A stretch of 64,000 nucleotides of DNA from an uncultured archaeon (GTDB lineage: Archaea > Nanobdellota > Nanobdellia > Woesearchaeales > CAIVOO01). Made by a program: the position numbers and the translations under genes. Below, in pieces: positions 1 through 9,809 of the stretch; within the stretch, counting starts at the first letter, position 1; the number at the start of each line of letters is the position of its first letter. The notes beneath the pieces are model-generated. The model ran no database searches. It was not told where the DNA came from and saw only the letters and a program-made list of their open reading frames with translations. The stretch lies in NCBI GenBank assembly GCA_903904885.1, contig CAIVED010000044.1, positions 5,579 to 69,578 of the forward strand, in the 5' to 3' direction.

Positions 1-287
1 CCTTTTTCCCTTTGGAACAGAAATCCTCTGCGGAGTTTTTTTATCCTCATGCAATACAATCTTTTTCCTTGCCGGAATCTGGGGCATTTCCTTTTTTAGC
101 CTTGCAATCAGCTCGTTTATCTCCTTGAAATTCTTCCTGAGCTTTTCAGCAACATCCTGCTTATTCATTTTTTTCAGCTTGAAACTCTCATACTTCTGCA
201 AAGCTATTACAACCTGCCTTGATGTTTCAAGAAGCTTTTTCCTGGTCTCTGCAGGCTCCCTTATGTTGACATAGTAAGTCTCTTCAT
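1..287 (-). CDS. Hypothetical coiled-coil protein, paralog 1 of a tandem trio. Its C-terminal part runs off the window start.
   Basis: Reverse-strand ATG at 287-285 gives MDEETYYVNIREPAETRKKLLETSRQVVIALQKYESFKL... and is still open at position 1. The motif (F/Y)V(N/K)I(D/R)E + helical K/E-rich stretch is shared with the two downstream ORFs. Confidence 0.35.
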
Positions 288-294
288 CCATTTC

Positions 295-513
295 CTACAC
301 TCTCAGCAAGCCTTTGTCTATGCTGTCAATCCTTTTTTCTATTTCTTCCAGCTCGGATGACCATTCCTCAAGCTCCGAGTCCTCTTCCATTTTCATCCGG
401 TGCAGGTTTTCAAGCAGCGCCTTGCTATCCTTTATCTTGCCCTTCAGCACTTGGATTATGTCAAGCACATTCTTGTACTCGTCAATCTTAACAAAAACAG
501 GTGCGGTTTCCAT
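295..513 (-). CDS. Hypothetical small coiled-coil protein, paralog 2 (METAPVFVKIDEYKNVLDIIQ...).
   Basis: Track ORF 295..573. The ATG at 513-511 lies directly after the stop (515-517) of the upstream 186-aa ORF, so the shorter start was chosen. Heptad-like K/E/L content. Confidence 0.4.
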   Translation of the reverse strand: METAPVFVKIDEYKNVLDIIQVLKGKIKDSKALLENLHRMKMEEDSELEEWSSELEEIEKRIDSIDKGLLRV

Positions 514-514
514 T

Positions 515-1075
515 TTATGTCCCTCCAAAAAATATTTTATCAGCAAAAAGCAGTTTTCTTTCAATCTCCTCAAGGCTGTTTCGCCATTTTTCCATCGTGG
601 ATTCTTTTCTTGTTCTCAGTTCCTCAATCCTTCCGGTGGCTGAAACATACTCATTCAGTTTTGCCCTGGTGGAATTTAATTTTTCAATCATTTCCGAGTA
701 AACATCGACGTTTATGAAAAGCGGGGATTTTTTTACCCGCGGGATGTATTCTTCTTCAAGCTCAGGCAATTCCTCGGGAATCTTAGAAGGGAGTTCGATA
801 TGCTCAAGTTCCGGCAGCCTTTCCGGAATCCGTTCAGCTTCCTCAAAAGGCGGTATCCCCATGGGCAACTCTGCAGGCTCAAGCTCAGGCAGGTCAAGAT
901 TCGGAATGTCAGGAAATAACAGCCCCTCAGTTCTTGGCGCCGGCTTTTCAAGGTCATCAGAATGCCGTTTTGAAAAATTCGGCAGTTCTATTCTTAGCTG
1001 GGGCGGAGAATTTGGCTTTGGCGGCTGAGGCATAGCTGCCTCTTTTCTGTTTTTTACTAATCCAAATAACGCCAT
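515..1075 (-). CDS. Hypothetical protein, paralog 3. Pro/Glu-rich PELPELE repeats in the middle, coiled-coil C-terminus (FINVDVYSEMIEKLNSTRAKLNEY...).
   Basis: Track ORF 186 aa. The C-terminal segment parallels paralogs 1 and 2. Confidence 0.45.
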   Translation of the reverse strand: MALFGLVKNRKEAAMPQPPKPNSPPQLRIELPNFSKRHSDDLEKPAPRTEGLLFPDIPNLDLPELEPAELPMGIPPFEEAERIPERLPELEHIELPSKIPEELPELEEEYIPRVKKSPLFINVDVYSEMIEKLNSTRAKLNEYVSATGRIEELRTRKESTMEKWRNSLEEIERKLLFADKIFFGGT

Positions 1076-1205
1076 CTTTTACCCCCTGAAAATGCAAGTA
1101 TATACAGCATATATAAAGATTTGTGAGTATTATTAAGTGAAAATAGCAACGTTGCCCTGGTCGCCACGTCTTAAGTTCAAATACCCAGTTTTAAAATCAG
1201 TTTCT

Positions 1206-2723
1206 ATGAAACTGCTAATAGTCCTGTTCTTGCTCCTTTTGCCCGTTGCATCGGCAATTGAAATCAATGAGATAATGTACAATCCCGTTGGGGATGACAG
1301 CGGAAACGAATGGGTTGAAATCTACAACCCAGGGCATATTGACCTTTCAAACTGGACAATCGGCGATTTGAGCGCAAATAAAACACTTGCAGCGGTCAGG
1401 ATAACTGATTCTGATTTCTTGCTTGTTGTTGAGAACAACCGGTCGTTTGGAAATTCAAATGCCTCAATATACTATGCCGGCTCTCTCATAGGAAACGGGC
1501 TTGGGAACTCAGGCGATTCGGTTTTTTTGTATGACAAAAATAAAACACTTATCGATTCTGTTGCCTATAACAGCACCTTTGCCAACGGCAACAACAAAAC
1601 ACTGGAGAAATTCAACAGCAGCTGGCAGGAAAGCATTGCCGATGGCGGGACGCCGGGATTTGAGAATTCTGTTTCCTTTGTTGTTCCTAATTTCACAAAC
1701 CAAACCAATCTAACAGAAGCAAATTTAACAGACAATTCCACAGATCAGACAAATGTTTCGGCGAATGATACAAACCAGACATCAGCAAACCTTACCAATG
1801 CCAACCAGACAAATTCCACATCAAATGAAACAGCCAACCCCCCTGCCTGCGTTTCATCAATAAAAATCAACGCAACAAAAGAGATTTACACCGATGAGGC
1901 GATAAAATTCCGGCATATTGTAAACTCATCTGACGACAATTTCTCAATCATCTACTGGGTTGAGGACCTTTTCGGCAATGTCGTTAAGTCTGAGTATGAA
2001 ACAAAAACAATCTCGGAAAAATCATTCACCCCGCATCTCGATGAAAGGGACACGGTTTATGTAATAAAGTCGATTCTGAAGGGCTGCAATGAAAGCTATG
2101 GCGAAAAAATGGTTGCCTATAAAACCGAGAAAGAAATTGCAGACACGCCTGTGAACTCAACAAAACAGGAAAGCTCAGGCAGCGGAACAGGTGCAGCAAA
2201 CAGCACAAAGCCAAAATTCAGCTACGAACTTACGTCCTATTCCGATGAAATAATGCAGGACACTGAAGCAAGCGCAACAGTTCAGATAACGTCGGATGAT
2301 TCGCCCCACGAGGTTTACATCCAGGCGTACATTTACAGATATTCCAAAAAATATTCAGAGATTGCAGAGGAGGGATTCACAATCGAAAGTCTTGCGTCAG
2401 AAACCTATGAGCTGGCGTTTTTAACAAATGCAACTCCGGGAGATTATAAGATGAAAATCAAAATCAACAAGGATGAGCAGAAAACAGACTATGAGATAAC
2501 AAGAAATGTGACTGTGGTTAAAAATGACGAACTGGAGGAGAATAAAACATTTGAAAATGTGACCGCAACTCCGCAGAAGCCAAAAAACATAACCTACCCG
2601 GTAAACATAACAAACCAGTCGGCCATATATCAATCCAAACAGGTAAAATCATTCAGCCTTGTGCCGATAATCATAATCGGGATTCTTGTGGCCATAAGCG
2701 GGGTGCTGATTTGGAAGAGATAG
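1206..2723 (+). CDS. Secreted, C-terminally membrane-anchored surface protein with an N-terminal lamin-tail domain (LTD) and an Asn/Thr-rich linker.
   Basis: Signal peptide MKLLIVLFLLLLPVASA. INEIMYNPVGDDSGNEWVEIYNPG is the classic LTD signature. Dozens of N-x-S/T sequons. C-terminal TM LVPIIIIGILVAISGVLIW. The track start 1137 is a GTG lying upstream of the predicted TSS (TATA ~1112-1119), so the ATG at 1206 is preferred. Confidence 0.6.
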   Translation: MKLLIVLFLLLLPVASAIEINEIMYNPVGDDSGNEWVEIYNPGHIDLSNWTIGDLSANKTLAAVRITDSDFLLVVENNRSFGNSNASIYYAGSLIGNGLGNSGDSVFLYDKNKTLIDSVAYNSTFANGNNKTLEKFNSSWQESIADGGTPGFENSVSFVVPNFTNQTNLTEANLTDNSTDQTNVSANDTNQTSANLTNANQTNSTSNETANPPACVSSIKINATKEIYTDEAIKFRHIVNSSDDNFSIIYWVEDLFGNVVKSEYETKTISEKSFTPHLDERDTVYVIKSILKGCNESYGEKMVAYKTEKEIADTPVNSTKQESSGSGTGAANSTKPKFSYELTSYSDEIMQDTEASATVQITSDDSPHEVYIQAYIYRYSKKYSEIAEEGFTIESLASETYELAFLTNATPGDYKMKIKINKDEQKTDYEITRNVTVVKNDELEENKTFENVTATPQKPKNITYPVNITNQSAIYQSKQVKSFSLVPIIIIGILVAISGVLIWKR

Positions 2724-2758
2724 AAACGTTTTTAAACCTTCATTCTTCCTAACCGGAC

Positions 2759-3490
2759 ATGGGGTTTTTTGATATTTTCGGGAAGGAGAAAAAGGGCAAG
2801 AAAACAGCCCAGAAGAATGCAAAGAAGCGGCCGAAGCCAGCCAAGGCTGTGAAAAAGAAAGAGCCAGCCCCATCAAAAAAGCACGTTGATGAAGAAATTG
2901 ACAGAGAGGTCTGGCCGGTAAGGTCTGTCGCGATTGTTGAGATTCTGGGCGCGCCGAAGGAATATGTCATTGAGACAATGAATTCCTATGTGGCCAAAAT
3001 CAAGAAAGAAAAGGACATAAACGTTCTCAGCGCAACAATATCCGCGCCGGACCAGAAAGACAAGATGTTTGCCATTTTCGCTGAGATAGAAATGCTAACC
3101 AAAACACCTTCAAGGATTGTTGATTTTTGCTTTGACTACATGCCATCTTCAATAGAATTGCTTGAGCCGGAGGACATAAAATTCAACTCCCATCAGTTTT
3201 CAAATTTTTTCAACGACCTTCAGGCAAGGCTGCACAGCCTGGACATGCTTGTGAAAAACCTCCGGGCGGAGAACAAGGTGCTCAATGACAACGCCCATTT
3301 CCTACTTAGAAACAACATCCTGCTTTCGCTGAAAGAAAAGGAAAAGGATTTGGCTGCAATCTCAAAAAACATAGGGATTCCAGAGGAAAAGACAAAGGCA
3401 TTCCTGGAAGTTATGATACACCAGGGCGTAATATTATTAAATAAGAGCAAATACTCCATAAACCAGGAGAAGGTGAAATTTAGTGAGTGA
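2759..3490 (+). CDS. Hypothetical protein with a Lys-rich N-terminal tail. Possibly a ScpA/kleisin-like partner of the downstream ScpB (context only).
   Basis: KKGKKTAQKNAKKRPKPAKAVKKK tail. A C-terminal winged-helix-like segment (ISKNIGIPEEKTKAFLEVMIHQGVILL). Overlaps the ScpB start by 8 nt. Confidence 0.3.
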   Translation: MGFFDIFGKEKKGKKTAQKNAKKRPKPAKAVKKKEPAPSKKHVDEEIDREVWPVRSVAIVEILGAPKEYVIETMNSYVAKIKKEKDINVLSATISAPDQKDKMFAIFAEIEMLTKTPSRIVDFCFDYMPSSIELLEPEDIKFNSHQFSNFFNDLQARLHSLDMLVKNLRAENKVLNDNAHFLLRNNILLSLKEKEKDLAAISKNIGIPEEKTKAFLEVMIHQGVILLNKSKYSINQEKVKFSE

Positions 3491-4379
3491 ATTAAAACAG
3501 CAAATAGAGGCGATATTGTTTGCAGCTGGCAAGAAGGTATCGTATGAGGACCTTGCAAGGCTGTGCAATACAGACATTTCTGCGATAAAGAATGAGATTG
3601 CTGAGCTGAAAAAAGATTACGAGCAAAGGGATTCCCCGTTAATTCTCAGCGAAGAAGCTGACGGCTGGAAGATGACTGTCCGGGAAAAATACCTTTCGCT
3701 TGTCCATAAGATGCTTCCTGAGACAGAGCTTTCAAAATCAGTTCTTGAGACGCTTGCGGTTATTGCATGGAAGCATCCTGCAATGCAGTCAGATGTAATC
3801 AAGATAAGGACAAACAAGGCCTATGACCACATAGATGAATTGATTGAGCGGGGCTTCATTTCAAAGGAAAGAAAGGGAAGAAGCTATCTTATCCGCATAA
3901 CCCCAAAATTCAATGAATATTTCGAGCTTCCGAACAATGAGGCAATTAAAAAACTGTTCCAGGACATACAGAAGCACATAAAGCTTGAGGAAACCGAAGA
4001 ATCCGGAAAGGAAAAACTCGGAGAGCTTGAGGTGTTCGAGGAAGAGCAGACAGAGGAAAAGAAAGAAAAAATAAAGATTTATGATTCTGAATCCCGGGAA
4101 GGGGAAGCAGAGGAAACTGAAGAAACAGAAAAAGTTACTGAAGATGAAAATCCTGAAGAATCCGAGATTAATGAAAAGATAAAAAAAATTCAGGAAACAA
4201 CGGAAGAGTTCTCTAAATTTGAAGAGGGGCCTGAAGAAACTGAGGAGGAGCCTGCCAAAGAAGAAACCAAAGATGTTCCTGCAGAAAAAGAAAAGTCTGC
4301 GGAAAAAAAATCAGGCAGGAGAGTGCTTTCAAAGGAGCTTGAGGAAATGTCAGGCGATGATGAAGAGGAGGAGCAATGA
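3483..4379 (+). CDS. scpB: Segregation and condensation protein B (ScpB) homolog with an acidic C-terminal tail.
   Basis: The N-terminus QIEAILFAAGKKVSYEDLARL... and a second wHTH (ETLAVIAWKHPAMQSDVIKIR) match the ScpB tandem winged-helix pattern. The E/K-rich tail is low-complexity. Confidence 0.6.
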   Translation: MSELKQQIEAILFAAGKKVSYEDLARLCNTDISAIKNEIAELKKDYEQRDSPLILSEEADGWKMTVREKYLSLVHKMLPETELSKSVLETLAVIAWKHPAMQSDVIKIRTNKAYDHIDELIERGFISKERKGRSYLIRITPKFNEYFELPNNEAIKKLFQDIQKHIKLEETEESGKEKLGELEVFEEEQTEEKKEKIKIYDSESREGEAEETEETEKVTEDENPEESEINEKIKKIQETTEEFSKFEEGPEETEEEPAKEETKDVPAEKEKSAEKKSGRRVLSKELEEMSGDDEEEEQ

Positions 4380-4519
4380 TTTACCTTCTCCACTGCCCAA
4401 ACTGCAAACATAACATGAAATATTCTCCCATGAAATCAGGCGAAAACAAAAGGAAAATGTGCGTTTATTGCGGCAAGAGCTTTTCTGTGAAAAACAGCAT
4501 AATCAAAAAGGAATCCTAA
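4376..4519 (+). CDS. 47-aa C4 zinc-ribbon protein translationally coupled to scpB (ATGA overlap). Not in the ORF track.
   Basis: MIYLLHCPNCKHNMKYSPMKSGENKRKMCVYCGKSFSVKNSIIKKES. CPNC...CVYC with 18-residue spacing. Its start overlaps the scpB stop. Confidence 0.4.
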   Translation: MIYLLHCPNCKHNMKYSPMKSGENKRKMCVYCGKSFSVKNSIIKKES

Positions 4520-4584
4520 AAATATTCAACCTCTCCAAACCCCAAAATTCAGCCGTTTCAGGCGCTGTAAACGCCTTCTAAAAC

Positions 4585-4594
4585 ACAAGTTTTA
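4585..4594 (+). promoter_or_regulatory. TATA box (gttTTATAAAg) for gyrA. The ~55-nt leader contains two perfect hairpins (aggcgCTGTAAAcgcct at ~4556-4574; cacccTATTTCagggtg at ~4598-4614).
   Basis: Seen directly in sequence upstream of the ATG at 4651. Confidence 0.4.
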
Positions 4595-4650
4595 TAAAGA
4601 AAAACACCCTATTTCAGGGTGTGGATTCTCGTCGGAAAATCCCCTGAAAA

Positions 4651-7068
4651 ATGGCAGAAAGAATCATACCCAGACTGATTGAAGAGGAGATGAAAAAGTC
4701 CTACATAGACTATGCCATGTCAGTCATTGTCGGAAGGGCTTTGCCGGACATCAGGGACGGCCTGAAGCCGGTCCATAGGCGGGTCCTTTACACCATGCTT
4801 GAGCTCGGTTTGGCCTCAAATAAGCCATTCAAGAAGTGCGCCAGGGTTGTCGGAGACTGCCTTGGTAAGTATCATCCTCATGGCGATTTGGCTGTCTATG
4901 ACACTCTGGTAAGAATGGCCCAGACCTTCTCATTGCGATATATCCTGGTTGACGGCCAGGGCAATTTTGGCTCGGTTGACGGCGATTCTGCAGCAGCCAT
5001 GAGGTACACAGAATGCCGCATGTCCAAGGTTGCAGAGGCGATTCTCCAGGACATTGACAAGGAAACAGTTGATTTCCAGCCGAATTTTGACGCTTCGCTA
5101 AAGGAACCGATTGTCCTTCCTTCAAAGATTCCAAACCTGCTGGTAAATGGCAGCGCGGGAATTGCTGTTGGCATGGCAACAAACATCCCTCCGCACAATA
5201 TGACTGAAATCTGCGATGCCACAATTTTCCAGATTGACAATCCTGAATGCGTAATTTCAGAGCTTATGCAATTTGTAAAAGGCCCTGATTTCCCCACAGC
5301 GGGAACAATTGTCGGCAGATCAGGGATAATTGATGCCTACACCACAGGCCGAGGCAAGGTTCTTGTGCGCGCAAAATCAGAGATTATTGAGGAAAAGGGC
5401 AGGCAGAAAATAATTGTCACAGAAATTCCCTACCAGGTTAACAAGTCAATGCTGATTGAGGAGATTGCAGACCTTGTGAGGGATAAGAAAATAATCGGCA
5501 TATCTGACATCAGGGACGAGTCTGACAAAAAGGGAATGACCATTGTTATTGAACTGAAAAAAGATGCCAATGCCCAGGTTGTCCTTAACCAATTATACAG
5601 CCACACAAGGATGCAGCAGACATTCGGAATAATAATGCTGGTTCTGGTGAACAATGAGCCAAAGGTCCTGAATCTCCATGAGATGATTCACTATTTCATT
5701 CTCCACAGGAAAGAGGTTGTCACAAGAAGAACTCAGTTTGAGCTGAGAAAGGCAGAGGAGAGGGCCCATGTTTTGGAGGGATTAATCATAGCGCTGAATC
5801 ACATTGATGAGATTGTAAAGAAAATAAAGGCATCAAAGGATGCTGCTGTTGCAACAAATATGCTTGTTGCCGACTACAAGCTGACGGAAATCCAGGCCAA
5901 GGCAATCCTTGACATGAAGCTGCAGAGGCTTGCGGCGCTGGAGCAGGAGAAAATCAGGGCAGAGCACAGGGATTTGATGAAGCTGATTGCAGAACTGAAG
6001 GAGATTCTCGCTTCAGAAAAAAGAATTTTGGGAATAATCAAGGATGAGCTGAACGAGATAAAAAAGGCCTTTGGCGATGCAAGGAAAACAGAAATAATTG
6101 ATGCCGAGGGCGAGGAGATTTCCCAGGAGCAGCTGATTAAGCCGGAGGATGTTGCTGTCACAATTTCACATTCAGGCTACATAAAAAGGACAACCCTTGA
6201 CACCTACAAGCAGCAGGGGCGCGGCGGAAAGGGCGTTGTTGCCGCTGAAACAAAGGAAGGGGATTTTGTTGAGCATGTTTTTGTTGCTAATACGCATTCC
6301 TACATCCTGATGTTCACGGACAGCGGCAAGGTGCACTGGCTGAAGGTCTATGAAATCCCCGAGGCATCAAGATATGCAAAGGGCAAGGCCATAGTCAACA
6401 TTGTCCAGCTTGACCAGGGAGAAAATGTAAACGCATTTGTTCCTGTGAAGGAATTTGATGACAGCCATTTTGTTTTCATGGCAACAAAAAAGGGAACCGT
6501 GAAAAAAACAAATCTATCAGAATACTCAAGGCCGCGAAAGGGCGGCATAATCGCAGTTACGCTTGAAGAGGGCGATAATCTTATCGGGGTTGAGCTGACT
6601 TCCGGAAAGGACCAGATTATGCTTGCTTCAAAGGAAGGCAATGCCGTAAGGTTTGAGGAAAATGATGTGAGGGCCTGCGGCAGGTCTGCAATGGGTGTCA
6701 GGGGAATCAAGCTGAAGGAAAGCGATGAGGTTGTCGGAATGGTCATTGCAGATGATTCAAAGCAATTGCTGACAATAACTGAAAACGGCTACGGCAAAAG
6801 GACAGAGGCCGGCGAATACCGCCTGATTGGAAGGGGCGGTTCAGGAGTAATAAACATACAGTGCTCGGACAGGAACGGCAATGTTGTTTCAATAAGCTCT
6901 GTTACCGATGATGACGGCATTGTTGTCATAAGCAAAAGCGGGGTCATGATAAGGATTCTTGCGAAGGATATCTCCCTGATTGGCAGAAATACTCAGGGGG
7001 TCAGGATAATGAAGCTTGACGAAGGGGACAAGGTTGTTGCAGCGGCAAAGGTTGTCCACGAGGAATGA
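4651..7068 (+). CDS. gyrA: DNA gyrase subunit A.
   Basis: [21 protein letters not shown] near the N-terminus (active-site Tyr region) and GyrA C-terminal beta-pinwheel repeats. 805 aa, no intein. Confidence 0.9.
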   Translation: MAERIIPRLIEEEMKKSYIDYAMSVIVGRALPDIRDGLKPVHRRVLYTMLELGLASNKPFKKCARVVGDCLGKYHPHGDLAVYDTLVRMAQTFSLRYILVDGQGNFGSVDGDSAAAMRYTECRMSKVAEAILQDIDKETVDFQPNFDASLKEPIVLPSKIPNLLVNGSAGIAVGMATNIPPHNMTEICDATIFQIDNPECVISELMQFVKGPDFPTAGTIVGRSGIIDAYTTGRGKVLVRAKSEIIEEKGRQKIIVTEIPYQVNKSMLIEEIADLVRDKKIIGISDIRDESDKKGMTIVIELKKDANAQVVLNQLYSHTRMQQTFGIIMLVLVNNEPKVLNLHEMIHYFILHRKEVVTRRTQFELRKAEERAHVLEGLIIALNHIDEIVKKIKASKDAAVATNMLVADYKLTEIQAKAILDMKLQRLAALEQEKIRAEHRDLMKLIAELKEILASEKRILGIIKDELNEIKKAFGDARKTEIIDAEGEEISQEQLIKPEDVAVTISHSGYIKRTTLDTYKQQGRGGKGVVAAETKEGDFVEHVFVANTHSYILMFTDSGKVHWLKVYEIPEASRYAKGKAIVNIVQLDQGENVNAFVPVKEFDDSHFVFMATKKGTVKKTNLSEYSRPRKGGIIAVTLEEGDNLIGVELTSGKDQIMLASKEGNAVRFEENDVRACGRSAMGVRGIKLKESDEVVGMVIADDSKQLLTITENGYGKRTEAGEYRLIGRGGSGVINIQCSDRNGNVVSISSVTDDDGIVVISKSGVMIRILAKDISLIGRNTQGVRIMKLDEGDKVVAAAKVVHEE

Positions 7069-8105
7069 AAGGCCTTGCAATAACAAATTCTGGGGATGTT
7101 TCGCTTCTTGAAATTAAGGAGTTGATTGGAGCTGTCGGCAAAAAAGAGAAGAATGCTGTTGTTTTTGACTGCGATGCAAAAAAATTGTGCGACCTGTGCT
7201 ATTTCGGGAGGTCAGTTTCAAGGGTTATGGAGCTTTTGTGCTCTTTTGAGTTCAAGAATCTGGATGACATTGGCAAAAAAATAAAGATTGAGAATTTCTC
7301 AGCCGAAACATTCGCTGTAAAGTGCATCCGTGAGGGAAAGCATGATTTTTCAAGCTCGGATGTGGAGAAGATTGTCGGGGACAAGGTTGACAGCAAAGTT
7401 GATTTGAAAAATCCGCAGAAAATTTTACTGGTTTATATTTGTGATAACAAATTCTATCTTGGGCTTGATTACTCCGGATTTGACTTGGGAAAACGGGATT
7501 ACAAGATTTTTGTGCATCCTGCTTCAATCCGCGGGGATGTTGCATACTCTTTGCTTAGAATCGCTGATTTCAGCAAAAAGGATGTTTTGCTGGACCCGTT
7601 TTGCGGCTCAGGAACAATTTTGATTGAGGCCGGGCTGTTTTGCCTGAACAAATCAGTCCATTTCCACCAAAAAGACAAGTTTGCATTTTTGAAATTCATG
7701 AAATATGATTTTAAGGATGAAATAAAAGGAAAATGCAGGATAATCGGCACAGATTTGTCAAAGAATGTGATTATAAATGCGCAGAAAAATGCCAAGATTG
7801 CCGGCGTGGAAATAGATTTCCAGGTCGCTGATGTTGAATGGCTGGATACAAAATTAGATGAGAATTCAATTGATGGGATTGTAACCAATCCTACCTCGCT
7901 TTCCAAGCGGAGAAAGCCAGAGCCGGTGAAGAAATCCTACGATGACCTGTTCAACAATGCAAAATATCTTCTGAAAAAGAAAGGGACGGTTGCGGTCATA
8001 ACAAAGGATGCTGAAGTGATGAAAGAGATTGCGAAGAAGAACGGGTTTGGGGTGAAGAAAGAGGCAAAAATCACAGAGAACATGGCAGTTGTTTTTTCTC
8101 AGTAA
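7065..8105 (+). CDS. THUMP-domain RNA methyltransferase (Trm14/TrmN/RlmL-like N2-guanine or N6-adenine MTase family).
   Basis: N-terminal THUMP-like region followed by [16 protein letters not shown] (motif I of this family). ATGA overlap with the gyrA stop. Confidence 0.55.
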   Translation: MKGLAITNSGDVSLLEIKELIGAVGKKEKNAVVFDCDAKKLCDLCYFGRSVSRVMELLCSFEFKNLDDIGKKIKIENFSAETFAVKCIREGKHDFSSSDVEKIVGDKVDSKVDLKNPQKILLVYICDNKFYLGLDYSGFDLGKRDYKIFVHPASIRGDVAYSLLRIADFSKKDVLLDPFCGSGTILIEAGLFCLNKSVHFHQKDKFAFLKFMKYDFKDEIKGKCRIIGTDLSKNVIINAQKNAKIAGVEIDFQVADVEWLDTKLDENSIDGIVTNPTSLSKRRKPEPVKKSYDDLFNNAKYLLKKKGTVAVITKDAEVMKEIAKKNGFGVKKEAKITENMAVVFSQ

Positions 8106-8138
8106 GATTTTTAAACACTAAACAGCTAAACATCCAAA

Positions 8139-8411
8139 ATGAGAGTGCGAACGCCCAACTTTTTTGAGAAGATTCTTCTTATTATCGGCGTTTTGATTAT
8201 ACTGTTGGGCTATTCTTTTGTTTACCGGGTTTGGCAGGCTGATTCAATCCTTTCCTGGGCTGCTGTGCAGACAATCTTCCTCTGGATTATCCTGATTTGT
8301 GTCATCATCCTTGTTGCTGTTTCTGAAAACACGAAGGAAGAACTGCGAATTGTCATTGAAAACCAGACAGAAGAATTGAAGCTGCTAAGGGAAGATTTGA
8401 GGAAACGTTAA
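8139..8411 (+). CDS. Small membrane protein (two TM helices) with a charged coiled C-terminus.
   Basis: LLIIGVLIILLGYSFVY and IFLWIILICVIILVAV hydrophobic spans. Confidence 0.4.
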   Translation: MRVRTPNFFEKILLIIGVLIILLGYSFVYRVWQADSILSWAAVQTIFLWIILICVIILVAVSENTKEELRIVIENQTEELKLLREDLRKR

Positions 8412-8450
8412 ACCGCTCATTATTTAAGTTTTTCTTTCTTTAACCGGGCT

Positions 8451-9335
8451 ATGAGTTCGCCTATTTTGATAACTGAAACAGCGGAAAGAAAATGGCTCTA
8501 TCCTGAGCGATCGGTCAGGCTTCCTGTTTGGGAAAGGCCTCCTGGGAGGAGTTCGGAGTGGTCTGAAAAGCACAGATGGAGGCTTAATTACCATGTCCAT
8601 CTCAGTAATTATGAAGAAGCAGATAAACTCAAGAAAAGGTTGTGGGAACTGGGGGAAAATCCTGACCCGCAGGAAGAAGCAGGAATAATTGAAAGGCTTA
8701 GGCAAATAGAATCTCCTCAGTATGAAGATAAAACCCATGTCCAAAGATGGGGGTTTTCTGCAGTGCAAATGCCTACTGACTGGGGTCCTGTTGGCCCGAA
8801 AAACAAAAACAAGCTGAAACAATTAATGACAAACTTGGCCCATGGAACAGTGCTTGAGGCAATGTGCGGGTTTACTTCTTATTTTGATAATTCTCCCAAA
8901 ATAAGTGAAGTTGTGGCGCTGGATTTTTGCAGGGAAGGCCTGGAACGGTATGATTACCCGGAGAGAAAAAGAATCCTGTTTGATTTGGAAAGAATCTGCA
9001 GGGGAGAAAAAATGGATTTTTTTGAGGACAATTCTTTTGAAACAATCGGAGTGTTCTTCGGGATGAGATATCTATTGGAAATGTTCCCGGTTTTTCAGGA
9101 GTTTCAAAGAGTGCTTTCTCCGGGCGGAAAACTCCTGGTTGTTGAAAACCCGCACCAGGGCTATCCGGATTTGTTGAAGCACGGTTTTAATCCGGAACAA
9201 TTTGCATCTGAAGTTGAAGACGCAGGGTTCAGGGTAAGGCTGAAAGAGCTAAAATCAATAACACTCAAAAAAGGAGAGGTCGGGTTCACCGAACTTGGGG
9301 ATTACTGGCTGGTCGAGGGAACAAAAAAAGTGTAG
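8451..9335 (+). CDS. Class I SAM-dependent methyltransferase-fold protein with an unknown ~120-aa N-terminal extension.
   Basis: GTVLEAMCGFTS (motif I-like), VVALD, LSPGGKLLVVENP (motif-like). The stop TAG lies inside the 21-nt repeat at 9330-9350. Confidence 0.4.
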   Translation: MSSPILITETAERKWLYPERSVRLPVWERPPGRSSEWSEKHRWRLNYHVHLSNYEEADKLKKRLWELGENPDPQEEAGIIERLRQIESPQYEDKTHVQRWGFSAVQMPTDWGPVGPKNKNKLKQLMTNLAHGTVLEAMCGFTSYFDNSPKISEVVALDFCREGLERYDYPERKRILFDLERICRGEKMDFFEDNSFETIGVFFGMRYLLEMFPVFQEFQRVLSPGGKLLVVENPHQGYPDLLKHGFNPEQFASEVEDAGFRVRLKELKSITLKKGEVGFTELGDYWLVEGTKKV

Positions 9336-9379
9336 GGCAGCGTAAGCCGCTTTTGTTGCGAAAAATAAAGAGAAAGTGA

Positions 9380-9775
9380 TTATTTGAAAAGATAACTTGC
9401 AACTTCTCCCGCTTTTGCTGCGAGCATATAAGCCGCTATGCCTGATTTTGTTGCCATAACCTCATCTAAGAAACTGACTTTTGTTGGCTCTTTTACAATT
9501 CTTAGAACAGCAAGCTCTCTTCCGGTTCCTTCCTCATGCAGGTGGAATGGTCTGCCCCCTTCAAGCGCTGCAAAAAGACCAGCATCTAAGCTGCAGTCAA
9601 GTGAAATATTTGAAAATCTGACCTTGGTTTCACCAGTGATGGGTATAAGAACATGGTCGTTTAGTTGGAACCTGCCGTTGTACCTTTGAATTTTGGGCAG
9701 TTCATCAATAGGAACACCATCTATTTTAGAACTTTTAGGATTAAGCAATTTTATGTTTACATATTCTCGACTCAT
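9380..9775 (-). CDS. Hypothetical 131-aa protein (MSREYVNIKLL...). The gene is bracketed by two copies of the RNase P RNA 3' end.
   Basis: Track ORF 9380..9874. The shorter start was chosen so it does not overlap the RNase P RNA; a TATA-like tttatata lies ~25 nt upstream. The C-terminus (ATKSGIAAYMLAAKAGEV) gives only a weak hint of a swivel/DUF126-like fold. Confidence 0.4.
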   Translation of the reverse strand: MSREYVNIKLLNPKSSKIDGVPIDELPKIQRYNGRFQLNDHVLIPITGETKVRFSNISLDCSLDAGLFAALEGGRPFHLHEEGTGRELAVLRIVKEPTKVSFLDEVMATKSGIAAYMLAAKAGEVASYLFK

Positions 9776-9809
9776 GTAATATTGGATAGGAGAAAAATAT
9801 ATAAATTTT

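Noticed and set aside
314-1028. Plus-strand track ORFs (314..643, 400..717, 501..701, 714..1028)
   Set aside because: Ser-rich antisense frames of the three minus-strand coiled-coil genes.
4829-7086. Several minus-strand ORFs inside gyrA (4829..5224, 4896..5297, 5874..6161, 6348..6746, etc.)
   Set aside because: Antisense to a confidently identified gyrA.
8424-8822. 132-aa minus-strand ORF
   Set aside because: Fully antisense to the 294-aa methyltransferase-fold gene. Arg/Pro-rich and typical of antisense frames.
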